Source: Chloroflexota bacterium (lineage in GTDB: Bacteria; Chloroflexota; Anaerolineae; B4-G1; SLSP01). Taken from it: DNA of 64,000 nt. The stretch is from the NCBI GenBank assembly GCA_029555965.1, contig JAKQHY010000129.1, forward strand, positions 1,375 to 65,374. The letters are read 5' to 3'. Below the pieces are notes generated by a model, which worked only from the letters and a program-made list of their open reading frames with translations, made no database searches and was not told where the DNA came from. The position numbers and the translations under genes were made by a program. Positions 20,591 through 30,748 of this stretch are shown here, piece after piece. The number at the start of each line of letters is the position of its first letter. Position 1 is the stretch's first letter.

Positions 20591-23500
20591 TCATCCAAGG
20601 CGCACTTCCACTTCGGCCAATTGCAACGCCTCGCGCAATTCATCCACCGCCGCGCGCAACACGGCGTCCAATTCCAGAGAACGGCGAATCGTCGAAGAAA
20701 CTTCATCCACCATCCGCTCCCGCGCCGCCCGGCTTTGAGTAGCCTCAATCAAGCGCGCATTTTCCAACACCTGCCCCAACTGCTGCGCGACGGCCTGCAC
20801 CAGGGTCAATTGCTCCGGCGACCACGACCACTTCCCTTCGGGATCCTCAAATCCCAACACCCCCAGCACCTGCCCACGCACCATAATCGGAGCCACCAGA
20901 CCAGTGCGCGATTCATCCGCTTCGGCGCTGGCCAAACGGGTCACAACCGCACCCTCGGCGACCGCGCGGACCATTTCCGGTCGCCAGAATTCCGCTGTGC
21001 CGAGCACCTGCTCCTGGTCATACACAAACGTAGTCTGACTCAATTGACGTTCCGCCTGCAAATGTTCCTGCCAGCCCTGCCGCAAGTAGCTGCGGTGTGT
21101 GGCCTCTACTTCATCGCGCGCCACGCGCATATTCTCCAACAGGCGTGTGCGCTCCAAGGCCTGCGCAATCTGATTCGCTACCGGATGCAGAATAGGCAGG
21201 TCTTGCTCGGTGAACGCTCCCGCCTGCGTACTGCTTAAACCCAAGGCGCCAATCAAATGCCCGCCAGACTCCAAGGGCAACAACAAGCGTGAAGCAATCC
21301 CGCCAGACACCAACCGGTCGTCGCCGCTAAAAGTGTGCTTGCCGCGCATGTCGGGCTCCAACCAAAAACGATGGTTCATCAACACCCACCCCAACGCCGC
21401 GCCCTCTAATGACATCCGCACACCCCGCGACACATCTGACGTCAGGCGCGACACCTCGGAAAACAACGTAAACTCGGTCTCGCCTTCGGTGTAAATAGCA
21501 ACTGCCAGTTCATCCACCAGGGCCAACTGCCGCAGCGGCGCAAGGATTCCCGGCAGCCGCTGCGCTAATTCTGCGCGATCTTCACAGTCCCCCACCAACG
21601 TGGCAATCTCCCGCAGAGCCTCCTGACGTTGGGCGCGGGTTTGAGCTTCCTGCAACAAATTGAGGTTTTGCAAGACGGTGGCCGCCTGGCTCGCCAACGT
21701 GAGCAGCCGCCGCAGACGGGCCGCGTCCAACGTGACCGGCGTTTGCAGTATCGGGTTGAAGTAGCCCACCCACTGCCCGCCGGCAATCAACGGCACGTAG
21801 ACGGCGCTGCGCGCCTGGAAAACGTCGCGGAACTGCGCCCGCAACTCGGCATCCACACGCGCATCATTGGCGACTTCGGCAAAAATCACCGGCGCGTCCG
21901 CCCGCAACTGGCGCGCCAACCGCGATCCGCGCAAATCCACGCGCACGCCGACGCCGAGACGCGGCGCGGCGCCGTGTTCTTCACGGGCATCCCACACCGC
22001 AACGGTTTCAGCAAACTCCGGCACATCCTCCCCCCGCCAGGGACGATTGAACAAATACAGTCCTACCCACACCACGCCGGGCAATTCCACGCCGACCATC
22101 AACGCGCTCAGCAATTCATCCATCGTCAGGGCGACATTGATCGCCTGGCTGGCGCGGTAGAGCGCGGCCGTCTCGGCCAGCGCCGTTTGGAGTTGCTGGG
22201 TCTGAGTCGCCAGATCGGCCAACAACCGCTGGCGCTCCACTTCTGTGGCCTCGCGCTCCGTGATGTCCGTAGAGATGCTGCACACGGCATAGGGCGCATC
22301 CTTCGCATCCGTAATCAGGAATTTGAGCGACAAATAAGTGTGCTCACCATCCGCATGGACGGCATGCTCTATCTCCTCCTGGGGAACACCGGCCTGGACG
22401 ACAGCCAGATCATTTGCCCAATACTGGTCGGCCACCTCTGGCGGGAACAAATCATACGCAGTTTTACCCACCACGTTGGTGCGCTGCACGTTAAACAACG
22501 CTTCATAGCGCCGGTTGATAAGCAAGTAGCGCCCCTGCAAATCTTTGACGTAGATTACGGCAGTTGTATTATCCAAAATGCCTTCCAGCAATTGCTGCGT
22601 CTCGCGCAGGATTTCCTCAGCATATTTGTGCTCGGTGATGTCCCGCGAAATGCCAAACGTCCCGGAGGTTTCTCCTTTTTCATCCAACATCTGCAACTTG
22701 GTCGTTGAAACCCAGGTAACACGCCCATCCAGCCACGTCTCTTTCTCTTCTTGATTGATAATTGCCTGCCCATCCTGCATCAACCGCTGCTCGTCTTTAT
22801 ACGCGCGTTCGGCGTGTTCGGCAGAGAAGAAGTCAGCGTCCGTTTTACCAATCGCCTGTTCAGGAGCTGCCAACCCCAACCATGTCGCCAAGGCTCGATT
22901 GATGCGGATATAGCGGCTGTCCGTGTCTTTGAAGTAGATGTGATCGGGTACATTTTCCATCAAAGTCTGTAAGAGGAAGCGCTCGCGCGCCAGGGCCGCT
23001 TCGGTTGCCTTGCGCGCGGTAATATCGCGCACGGACGAAAGAATTAGGCGCTGCTGCCCCACTTCCAGCGGGGTGATTGTGACCTCAATAAAGAGGGGGG
23101 TGCCATCCTTATGTTCGGCGCGCGATTCCAGAAACATCGCGCCGGTTTCCTGGTCGGCGTAAACCGGCAAAGGTTTGCCGGAACTCCCGCGTTGCAACGC
23201 TGAGGTTTTCATTTTTGCAAATTCCTCGCGGGTGTAACCGAACATTTGACAGGCTCGCTTGTTGACCTCTACGATCTCCTCGGCCTCATTTTCCACGAAA
23301 ATCGCATCGTTGGCTTGCTCAAACAGCGCGCGATAACGCACCTCACTCTCACGGAGCATCGCTTCGGCCAATTTAATTTCGGTGATGTCCGTCACCTGGC
23401 TCGCCAGATAGAGAGGCGCGCCCTCCTGATCGTGGATCAGAAACATGTTCTCCCAGGTGGGCACAATCACCCCTTCGTGGGTAATCAGTTCCAATTCACC

Positions 23501-25153
23501 CTGCCAGCGGCCCTCTTGGTGGACGGTAGGCAGCACTTGCTCGCGCAACTGTTTTTGCGCATAGTCGGGGTAATAATTCCAAAAGGACTGTCCCACCATA
23601 TCAGCCACGGTCGCCTCGCCCACCAGACGGCAGAGCATCGGGTTAACATAGGTGATTCGTCCCTCCAGAGTCGCCATCCCAATGCCCTGGCCGGATGATT
23701 CAATCATCTGGCGGAAAGTGCTGGCAGCAGACAATAACTGGGTGCTTTCAATCGCCAACGCGATCTGTCCACACAGTCCTTCGAGCAACAGTTGATCCTC
23801 GGCGGTAAGCGCCCCGACGACGTCGCTCTGCACATCCAAAATTCCCAGGATTTCGTTGCGCAATTTGATGGGCACGGCCAACTCGCCCCGCGTTTTCGGC
23901 AAGAAGGGGTTCGGCACCCAGTCCGGGTCCTGGGCGACATCGCTGGCCAGCACCGCTACACCGGTGAGCGCGGCCGTTCCCACCACCCCCCGCCCCATAG
24001 CCAAATGATGACCGGCGGCCAACATCGCTTGGCCGGTTCGCCCGTACCCACAGACCAGGCGCATCGCGCCCGCCTGTATCCCAGGTTTCTCCGAAACAAA
24101 ATCCGGGTCATAGCGAAAGATTTGCGCGTGATAATAACCAAAGCGCTCCTTCACCAAGGTCACCACGCGGAGGAAGAGTTCCTCCAGTCCCGTCGCAGCC
24201 GCGATCTCCTGCGCGACTTCGGTGCTGGTTTGCACCTGGCGGCCACGCCGCTCCCACGAGGCCTCGACCACCTGCTGCATGCGCCGGCGCTCGGTGATGT
24301 CGCTGGACACACCCAGAACATGCCGGGCCACGCCATCGGGATCAATCAGTGGACGTTTGATCGTCTGCACCCAGCGTTCCTGCTTGCCGCCATAAGCAAT
24401 CAGGCTCTCCACGATAAACTTTTCCTGCAAGGAATCCATCACTTCCAGGTCGGCGCGCCAAATCGCCGCAACCTCGTCCTTGTTTTTATTAAAATCGGCG
24501 TCGGTCTTCCCCACCAAGCCCTCGACGGTCGTGCCGTAAGATTCCGCGATGGCCTGGTTTGCTAGGATAAAACGCCCCTCCCGATCGCGCACAAAGACGA
24601 AGTTGGGATTGATGTCAAGGACCTGCCGTAAGAACAGTTGTTGTTCCGCCAGCTTACGCCGGTCAGTTTCCAGCGCCGCTTCCGCGGCCTGCTGCGCCTG
24701 CTTGGTCAGAACGATAGCGGTCACATCGCGGTCAACGCCGCGATAGCCCAGCCAGGCGCCATCAGCATCCCATATCGGGAGGGCGTTGGTCTGCACATAG
24801 ACGAGTTGTCCCTCTTTATGGCATTTCACATTCTCCAGGTTGACCAACGGCTGGCGCGCGGCAAACACGGTCGCATACTCCTCCTGGAGACGCGCCGCTT
24901 CTTCCGGCAGCGCCAAATCCAGGAAGGTTTTGCCGATCACTTCCGCAACTTCGTAACCTAGCAGCGTGCGCACTCGTTCTGAACAATAGGTGTAACGCCC
25001 GGTCACGTCAGTTTCCCAAATCCAATCCGCCGTTAGTTCGGCCACATCACGGAAGCGCGCGGCAGTCTCATCCGGCCGGCGCCGTGATTGCGCGCGCCGC
25101 CCAGAGTCCGGCTTCGGCTGCGATGCAGTATGCGCCAGTTTTTTATCGCTCAT
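20591..25153 (-). CDS. Cytoplasmic 1520-aa sensor: PAS-PAS-GAF-PAS-PAS-PAS-PAS-GAF-GAF-split-GAF module (member 9)
   Basis: Six PAS/PAC units (WIWETDVTGRY, FVRDREGRF, MATLEGRI, FVENEAEEI, YFKDTDSRY, YVKDLQGRY; PAC ends DVT/DIT); three full GAFs; tail ending VEVRLG. No TM and no kinase. Confidence 0.9.
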   Translation of the reverse strand: MSDKKLAHTASQPKPDSGRRAQSRRRPDETAARFRDVAELTADWIWETDVTGRYTYCSERVRTLLGYEVAEVIGKTFLDLALPEEAARLQEEYATVFAARQPLVNLENVKCHKEGQLVYVQTNALPIWDADGAWLGYRGVDRDVTAIVLTKQAQQAAEAALETDRRKLAEQQLFLRQVLDINPNFVFVRDREGRFILANQAIAESYGTTVEGLVGKTDADFNKNKDEVAAIWRADLEVMDSLQEKFIVESLIAYGGKQERWVQTIKRPLIDPDGVARHVLGVSSDITERRRMQQVVEASWERRGRQVQTSTEVAQEIAAATGLEELFLRVVTLVKERFGYYHAQIFRYDPDFVSEKPGIQAGAMRLVCGYGRTGQAMLAAGHHLAMGRGVVGTAALTGVAVLASDVAQDPDWVPNPFLPKTRGELAVPIKLRNEILGILDVQSDVVGALTAEDQLLLEGLCGQIALAIESTQLLSAASTFRQMIESSGQGIGMATLEGRITYVNPMLCRLVGEATVADMVGQSFWNYYPDYAQKQLREQVLPTVHQEGRWQGELELITHEGVIVPTWENMFLIHDQEGAPLYLASQVTDITEIKLAEAMLRESEVRYRALFEQANDAIFVENEAEEIVEVNKRACQMFGYTREEFAKMKTSALQRGSSGKPLPVYADQETGAMFLESRAEHKDGTPLFIEVTITPLEVGQQRLILSSVRDITARKATEAALARERFLLQTLMENVPDHIYFKDTDSRYIRINRALATWLGLAAPEQAIGKTDADFFSAEHAERAYKDEQRLMQDGQAIINQEEKETWLDGRVTWVSTTKLQMLDEKGETSGTFGISRDITEHKYAEEILRETQQLLEGILDNTTAVIYVKDLQGRYLLINRRYEALFNVQRTNVVGKTAYDLFPPEVADQYWANDLAVVQAGVPQEEIEHAVHADGEHTYLSLKFLITDAKDAPYAVCSISTDITEREATEVERQRLLADLATQTQQLQTALAETAALYRASQAINVALTMDELLSALMVGVELPGVVWVGLYLFNRPWRGEDVPEFAETVAVWDAREEHGAAPRLGVGVRVDLRGSRLARQLRADAPVIFAEVANDARVDAELRAQFRDVFQARSAVYVPLIAGGQWVGYFNPILQTPVTLDAARLRRLLTLASQAATVLQNLNLLQEAQTRAQRQEALREIATLVGDCEDRAELAQRLPGILAPLRQLALVDELAVAIYTEGETEFTLFSEVSRLTSDVSRGVRMSLEGAALGWVLMNHRFWLEPDMRGKHTFSGDDRLVSGGIASRLLLPLESGGHLIGALGLSSTQAGAFTEQDLPILHPVANQIAQALERTRLLENMRVARDEVEATHRSYLRQGWQEHLQAERQLSQTTFVYDQEQVLGTAEFWRPEMVRAVAEGAVVTRLASAEADESRTGLVAPIMVRGQVLGVLGFEDPEGKWSWSPEQLTLVQAVAQQLGQVLENARLIEATQSRAARERMVDEVSSTIRRSLELDAVLRAAVDELREALQLAEVEVRLG

Positions 25154-25154
25154 C

Positions 25155-26885
25155 TCACGCCTCTTCTTGCCCTACGACAGCCGCCGTATCATCATGCCGC
25201 GCCGGAGCGGGAGCTTCCGCCGGCGCTTCCTCATTCAACATCAAGCGGATATAGGTACGGGGCGCCCCCACTGCCTGTCCCAGACTGGTGACGACTGTGC
25301 GCAGAATATTCTCGATATCAATCGAGCGACGCATTTCGTCGGTAATCTCGCGCGTCAACTGCTCGCGCGCCGCCCGACGTTGGCTTTCATAGTAGAATTG
25401 GGCGCTTTCCAGGGCGCTCCCCAACCGTTCCGCAATTTCCTGCAATAACGCTTGCTCATCCGGCGTCCATGCCCCCTCCGCCGCCTCTTTGTAGGTGTCA
25501 ATCACGCCGACGATGTCGCCGCTGGGGATGCGCACCGGCACTGCTAATCGGTATTGGTCAGGATACGTGGAGTCTACCCCGGCGAACACGTCCCCCTGGC
25601 GTAGCACATGCTCACATTCGAGCGGCCACACATCGCCGGCAATTTTGAAGACGCCGCGGGTAGTGCTGCGGTAATTGAAGTCGCCGCGCTCACTCAACAA
25701 CTGCCGCCAGGCTTCCCGGTCAATCTCGCCGTAGGCCTGACGTTGCATCTCAAGGCTTTGTTGCAACTGCGCAAACAAACGGGCGTTGCCAATCGCCATA
25801 GCCACTTGATCGGCCAATCCCTGCAATACAGCCGCATCCTCGGCAGTAAACGCCTCCGCAGCCTCGCTATGCACATCCAACACGCCGGTAATCTCGTTTC
25901 GAACCCGTAACGGCAGCGTCATCCGGGAGCGCGTGTTCGGCAAATCAGGGTTTCGCTCAAAAACACCATTTCCCGCCACATCCGAGGAAAATAGCACCTG
26001 TCCCTGTTGGACCACCTGTCCCACATTGTTGGCGCTGCCTACCCGTACCTGATACCCCCGCAACAACATCCGTTGCCCGCCCAGGCTGGAAGCCGCTTGT
26101 AAGCTCGCCCATTCTCGGCTATCGTCCAATAAAAAGATGGCGGCATGGTAAAAGCCGAAGCGCAGACTTACCAGACGCACGACGCGCTCCAGCAACTCCT
26201 GCAAAGACCGTTCCGAGGCAACATCCCGCGCCACTTCGGAAGTAGCCTCCAGGTAGCGGGCGCGGCGTTCTAATTCTTGGGTGCGCGCTTCCAGCAATGC
26301 TTGACCAGCCTCCAACGCCTGGTTGGTAGTCTTAAGCGTTTCTGCGCTGTCCTCGGAAACCGCCAAGGCGCGCTGCAAATTGGCGCTGGTAATCCAGGCA
26401 ATGACGCCCAACCCGCCAAAGAGCAGCACAGGGATCATCCCCATCAGGTCATCTCCATGACGCGCAAGGCCGATATATAACATCAGCACTTCCAACCCAG
26501 CCATCACGAGCGCCACCCAGGGCGCCACCACCAGGGGCGCCATCACCACCGGGAAAGCGTTGGCTAAGATCATTGGGGTTGTCACGGCATCCTTGGTCAT
26601 CGCGAAAATTAACAATGCAAATGTCAGCAGAAAGACGTAAGAAGGCCAGGCGTGCCCACGCCGGGTAAAGACTATCAACACCCCAAACCAAAGCAGACTG
26701 CCCCCAATCGAGAAGAGCATGTCATAATAGGGGTAGAAAAACAACACTTGGAAAACACTCAAAAACACCAGCAATTCCATAAATGCCAGCAGCACCAACA
26801 ACGTCTGGCTCCGCTGCGCCAGTCGTTTATCATCCGTGCGCACTCGCAAGTAGGTAGTGATCCACCGATTAAGCATGTTTCTCAT
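25155..26885 (-). CDS. Multi-TM membrane sensor + GAF + split-GAF module (member 10)
   Basis: Start re-assigned to ATG 26885 (GAGG SD, overlaps the upstream stop). About 6 TMs, coiled coil, GAF, tail. Confidence 0.87.
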   Translation of the reverse strand: MRNMLNRWITTYLRVRTDDKRLAQRSQTLLVLLAFMELLVFLSVFQVLFFYPYYDMLFSIGGSLLWFGVLIVFTRRGHAWPSYVFLLTFALLIFAMTKDAVTTPMILANAFPVVMAPLVVAPWVALVMAGLEVLMLYIGLARHGDDLMGMIPVLLFGGLGVIAWITSANLQRALAVSEDSAETLKTTNQALEAGQALLEARTQELERRARYLEATSEVARDVASERSLQELLERVVRLVSLRFGFYHAAIFLLDDSREWASLQAASSLGGQRMLLRGYQVRVGSANNVGQVVQQGQVLFSSDVAGNGVFERNPDLPNTRSRMTLPLRVRNEITGVLDVHSEAAEAFTAEDAAVLQGLADQVAMAIGNARLFAQLQQSLEMQRQAYGEIDREAWRQLLSERGDFNYRSTTRGVFKIAGDVWPLECEHVLRQGDVFAGVDSTYPDQYRLAVPVRIPSGDIVGVIDTYKEAAEGAWTPDEQALLQEIAERLGSALESAQFYYESQRRAAREQLTREITDEMRRSIDIENILRTVVTSLGQAVGAPRTYIRLMLNEEAPAEAPAPARHDDTAAVVGQEEA

Positions 26886-28998
26886 GATCGACCTCAGCCA
26901 TCCGCAAACGAATCGTGACCTCGGGCGTTTGCATTGCGACACGGATCTGCTCGGCGGCGGCCCGCAGCACGGTATCCAGATCCAGCGATTCCCGAATGCG
27001 CGCCGCGACTTCTCCGACCACATGTTCGCGGGCCGCAAGTCGCTGCGTCGTATCCATCAGGCGCAAGTTCTCCGCCGCCAGCCCGAATTGTTCGGCCACG
27101 GCCTCGACAAAGGCGACCTGCTCGTCACTCACCGCCTCCCCCTCAGCTACGGCGAACCCCAACGCCCCTAACAATTGATCCCGGAAACGCAACGGCACCA
27201 CGACCTGGGGCGCATCGGCGGCTTTCGCGGAGTTGGTGATCAAAGTCTCCCGCTGGAGCATGGCCTGATCCACGCCGGCCAGCAGTTCCCGTCCCAACGG
27301 CATTAGCCCTTCACGGGTCTTGCGATACCCCCACAAGGGACGCTGTCGCAGGAATTCAGCCCAAGCCTGACCCAGGTAACGCTGTTGGAGCAATTCCATT
27401 TCGTGGAGGGCCTGTTGCGTGCGCGCGTACGACCGCGCATTGTCAATAGCCACCGCCACCTGATCCGCCATTGTCTGCATCACCAGAATATTGGTTTCGT
27501 CAAAGGCGGCCTCGCGCCTACTTTGAATGGTCAGTGCGCCAATCGCGCGTCGCTGCGCCCGCAACGGGAGCGCCATCTCCGAGCGCGTGTCCGGCAGCAG
27601 GGGGTTGTCAAAATGGTGCGCCTCGTCGCCCACATCCAGTGCAATGCACGCCTGAGCCGTCGTCACGCATCTGGCAATTGGGGCATCGGCGTTGAGCAGC
27701 AGCCGATACCCGGTCGCCATCATCTGCTTTCCCGGCTCACCGGTGCCAGCCTGCAGGACCAGATAGGTCTCCTCTTCGTCCAGGAGAAACAGGCCCACAT
27801 AGTACAAGTCAAAACGATCGCGCACGAGCCTCACTGTTTCCCGCAATAATGCGTCCGGATCTAGCATCGCAGTCGTCGAACGGGAGACATCCGCCGCGGC
27901 CAACAACCCGCGCGTCCGCTCATCCACCCGCTGCTCCAACGTATTGATGGTTTGATTGAGCTGTGCGGCCAAGCTATTGAGGGTATTGGTCAAGGCGGCA
28001 AACTCGCCATGCCCCAGCGCTTCAATAGGATGAGTCAGGTCGTGTTCTAGCGCAAAGACGCCGCTGTGTAAAACTCGCAAAGGGGTCACAATCTCCCGTC
28101 GGGCAAACTGCACAGTACTGATAACAAGCGCGACAATCCCCACCGCCAGGAGCAATAGAAGGAAAAGTTGTCGCAAGAAAGGCACAATACCGCCCCACAG
28201 AGATTGCTGCACGACGACATACCACGGCCCACTCAGCAGCCTATTCCCCACGAGTACGACCGGATCTCCGTCCACCTGGGTATAGACCGGCACAAATCCG
28301 GTCAGTTGCTGCAAGTCCGACGCGGAAAGCAATACAGCCTTCTGTTGCATCAGTTGCGCCTCGCTGTGCAACAGCGCCCTCCCGGTCGCATCCGTCGCGT
28401 AAACACGGAAATCCGGCCCCTTATTCTGTGTTTTTAGGCTGTTCCACAATGGGGTTAAGTCAACCCGGGCCACCACAGCGCCCACAAAATTCTGTGTCTC
28501 ATCCCACACCGGCACCGCCATATCTACCAGGGGAAGGGCCCCCTCGCCATCATAATCCAACACCCCAATGTAGAACGCCCCCTGCTTCACCGTCTCCCAC
28601 CAGGGTTGGGAAGTCGGCGCGGCAACCGCCGGCACAGCGTCGCGGCGGTGTGATGCCAAAACCCTGCCATCCACGTCCACCCAGAGCATTTCAAAGAAAC
28701 TGGACTCCCGTCGGGCCATCGTACGCCGCAGAAGCGGCGCCGCCTCTCCCCCCGCGCCCAGGGCATCGGCAGTGGCCCACAGGTCATCCGCGGCGCGCCA
28801 CAGGAATTCTTCAAACACCCCGATCACGGTAGCACGAGTCTGTTGAAGTTGTGCCTGCGAATTCCGCATCGTCACCTGCCAGGCCAGGAAAGCCAACCCC
28901 GGCAAGATCAGCAACGCAATCAAGCTCAACAAACTTATCCGCCAGGAGAGTTGTCGTCCGATGATGTTTTTCCGCTCTGAAGTCATGTTGCTGCGCAT
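26869..28998 (-). CDS. Sensor with dCache_1, HAMP, GAF, split-GAF module (member 11)
   Basis: QPWW...LVDMAVPV...VGAVVARVDL dCache; HAMP GEFAALTNTLNSL; LEQRVDERT; GAF; tail. Confidence 0.88.
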   Translation of the reverse strand: MRSNMTSERKNIIGRQLSWRISLLSLIALLILPGLAFLAWQVTMRNSQAQLQQTRATVIGVFEEFLWRAADDLWATADALGAGGEAAPLLRRTMARRESSFFEMLWVDVDGRVLASHRRDAVPAVAAPTSQPWWETVKQGAFYIGVLDYDGEGALPLVDMAVPVWDETQNFVGAVVARVDLTPLWNSLKTQNKGPDFRVYATDATGRALLHSEAQLMQQKAVLLSASDLQQLTGFVPVYTQVDGDPVVLVGNRLLSGPWYVVVQQSLWGGIVPFLRQLFLLLLLAVGIVALVISTVQFARREIVTPLRVLHSGVFALEHDLTHPIEALGHGEFAALTNTLNSLAAQLNQTINTLEQRVDERTRGLLAAADVSRSTTAMLDPDALLRETVRLVRDRFDLYYVGLFLLDEEETYLVLQAGTGEPGKQMMATGYRLLLNADAPIARCVTTAQACIALDVGDEAHHFDNPLLPDTRSEMALPLRAQRRAIGALTIQSRREAAFDETNILVMQTMADQVAVAIDNARSYARTQQALHEMELLQQRYLGQAWAEFLRQRPLWGYRKTREGLMPLGRELLAGVDQAMLQRETLITNSAKAADAPQVVVPLRFRDQLLGALGFAVAEGEAVSDEQVAFVEAVAEQFGLAAENLRLMDTTQRLAAREHVVGEVAARIRESLDLDTVLRAAAEQIRVAMQTPEVTIRLRMAEVDHEKHA

Positions 28999-29001
28999 CC
29001 C

Positions 29002-30738
29002 TTAGCCCTCAGCCGGCTGCTTCGCCGCCTCATCCGCCGCCGGCTGCGCCAACTGCACAAACGTCAGTGGCGCATCAAGCACAGCGGCCATTTCCTCGAC
29101 CGTCGTTCTGATCAAATCGTCCATATCCACCGCGCGGCGCATTTTGTCCGCAATCTCGCGCGTGAAACGCTCCCGGTTCGCCAGCAATTGGCTGCTCTGA
29201 TACAAACGAGCGCTATCCAGAGCCGGGTCTAATTGTTCGCCAAGCGTTTCCAACAACAGCAGCTCATCTTGAGTCCACCCGCCCGCTCCGGGCCGTTTAC
29301 GCGCATCAATGACCCCCACGATCTGCCCGCGCACTTTGATCGGCAACGCCACCGCCTGGGATGACTCATCGGCAACCGGCGCAACTTGCTGCAAGGCCTG
29401 CTGCATATGGGGACGCAGTTCGGCGGCAGAGGGCATAATACCTTGCTGATTGCGCACATGTCCCGGCGCCTTCATAGCGGCAGCCAGCGCGACCCAATCC
29501 CGGCGCTCCATCTGCTGATAAATCTGACGCTCCGATTCCAGGCGCGCTTCCAGGCGACGCAACAACTCCGCATTGCTGATGACCAGCGAAATATGATCGG
29601 CCAACGTGCGCAACACAACGACATCATCCTCCGTAAAGGCGCGCGGTTGATCGGACTGCACGTCCAACACCCCGATAATTCCTTCACGTCCCTGCAAAGG
29701 CAACGCGATCTCGGCCCGCGTGTTCGGCAGAAGCGGATTATAGACAAACACGGCATCCTCGGTTACGTCCGCCGCGATCCGTGGCTCTCCATGCACCGCG
29801 GCATGGACCACCAGTCCGCCTTCCTCCAGGCGCAGCGTATACCCCTCCGCCAACAAAAGCTGGCCCCCCCGCGAGGAAGCCGCGCGCAATGCCAAACGCG
29901 CTTCTCCGACCTCCAATAAATAGATCGCCGCGTGGTAAAAGTCAAACTGCTCCGAGATCAGTTGCACGGTGCGCGCCAGCGCCTGGGCCAAATCCCCAAG
30001 ACCGGCGACTTCACGGGCCACTTGCGCAGCAGTCTGGAGCCGGGCGCCCCGGCGAGATAAGTCTATTTCTTGCTGCGCGACCAGGTCCTCCAGGCGATCC
30101 TGATAGTCGGTCAGTTCACGGGCAAGGTGACCGGACTCGGTCATAGCGGCAATCAAACGGGGTATCAGATAGTTGATGGAAGCTACGATAAAAATCCCCA
30201 TCCCCAACATCACCAAAACCCCGCTCCCCCAGGCCGCGAGATTCGTTGAAGTAGCCACTTCACTCACTGTGAGGAAACCTGAAGAGAAGGCTATCGCAAA
30301 GACCACGTTGGTGCCGGCCGCTACGATCAAGGCGTTAATGGCCGAGCGTTCTCCTAAGAAAACCGCCGCCGTGAAAACAAAGATCAACAAGAAAATTCGC
30401 GCCCCGCCGGTGCGTCCATCCGACAGAAAGTCTGTCAGCGCCAGGCCATAGGCCAGTGCCATCATCACCCGGACGCGCGTGACGTACCCCAATCTCCGGC
30501 GAAGTGTGATAAAAAGCAAGATGCCATAGATGCTTAAAAACAGGACTATGTCCAGAAAACGCTGCTGGGTCAGCCGGTAAATCGCACCGGCCAGCAGGAG
30601 CAAACCGCCAATGGAGCACATCACGCGCAAAACCCGCGTGATAAGCTCTTCACGCCACCCCTGCAAATCCTGCCCGGTCGAGAGGCGATCGCGCATCAAC
30701 CCAATGTGCAAATCTTCCGCTTCAGCCTTCTTTGCCAT
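29002..30738 (-). CDS. Multi-TM (MASE-like) membrane sensor + GAF + split-GAF module (member 12)
   Basis: About 6 TMs (RVRVMMALAYGLAL...GGARIFLLIF); GAF; tail. Confidence 0.88.
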   Translation of the reverse strand: MAKKAEAEDLHIGLMRDRLSTGQDLQGWREELITRVLRVMCSIGGLLLLAGAIYRLTQQRFLDIVLFLSIYGILLFITLRRRLGYVTRVRVMMALAYGLALTDFLSDGRTGGARIFLLIFVFTAAVFLGERSAINALIVAAGTNVVFAIAFSSGFLTVSEVATSTNLAAWGSGVLVMLGMGIFIVASINYLIPRLIAAMTESGHLARELTDYQDRLEDLVAQQEIDLSRRGARLQTAAQVAREVAGLGDLAQALARTVQLISEQFDFYHAAIYLLEVGEARLALRAASSRGGQLLLAEGYTLRLEEGGLVVHAAVHGEPRIAADVTEDAVFVYNPLLPNTRAEIALPLQGREGIIGVLDVQSDQPRAFTEDDVVVLRTLADHISLVISNAELLRRLEARLESERQIYQQMERRDWVALAAAMKAPGHVRNQQGIMPSAAELRPHMQQALQQVAPVADESSQAVALPIKVRGQIVGVIDARKRPGAGGWTQDELLLLETLGEQLDPALDSARLYQSSQLLANRERFTREIADKMRRAVDMDDLIRTTVEEMAAVLDAPLTFVQLAQPAADEAAKQPAEG

Positions 30739-30748
30739 GTCAATTCCC

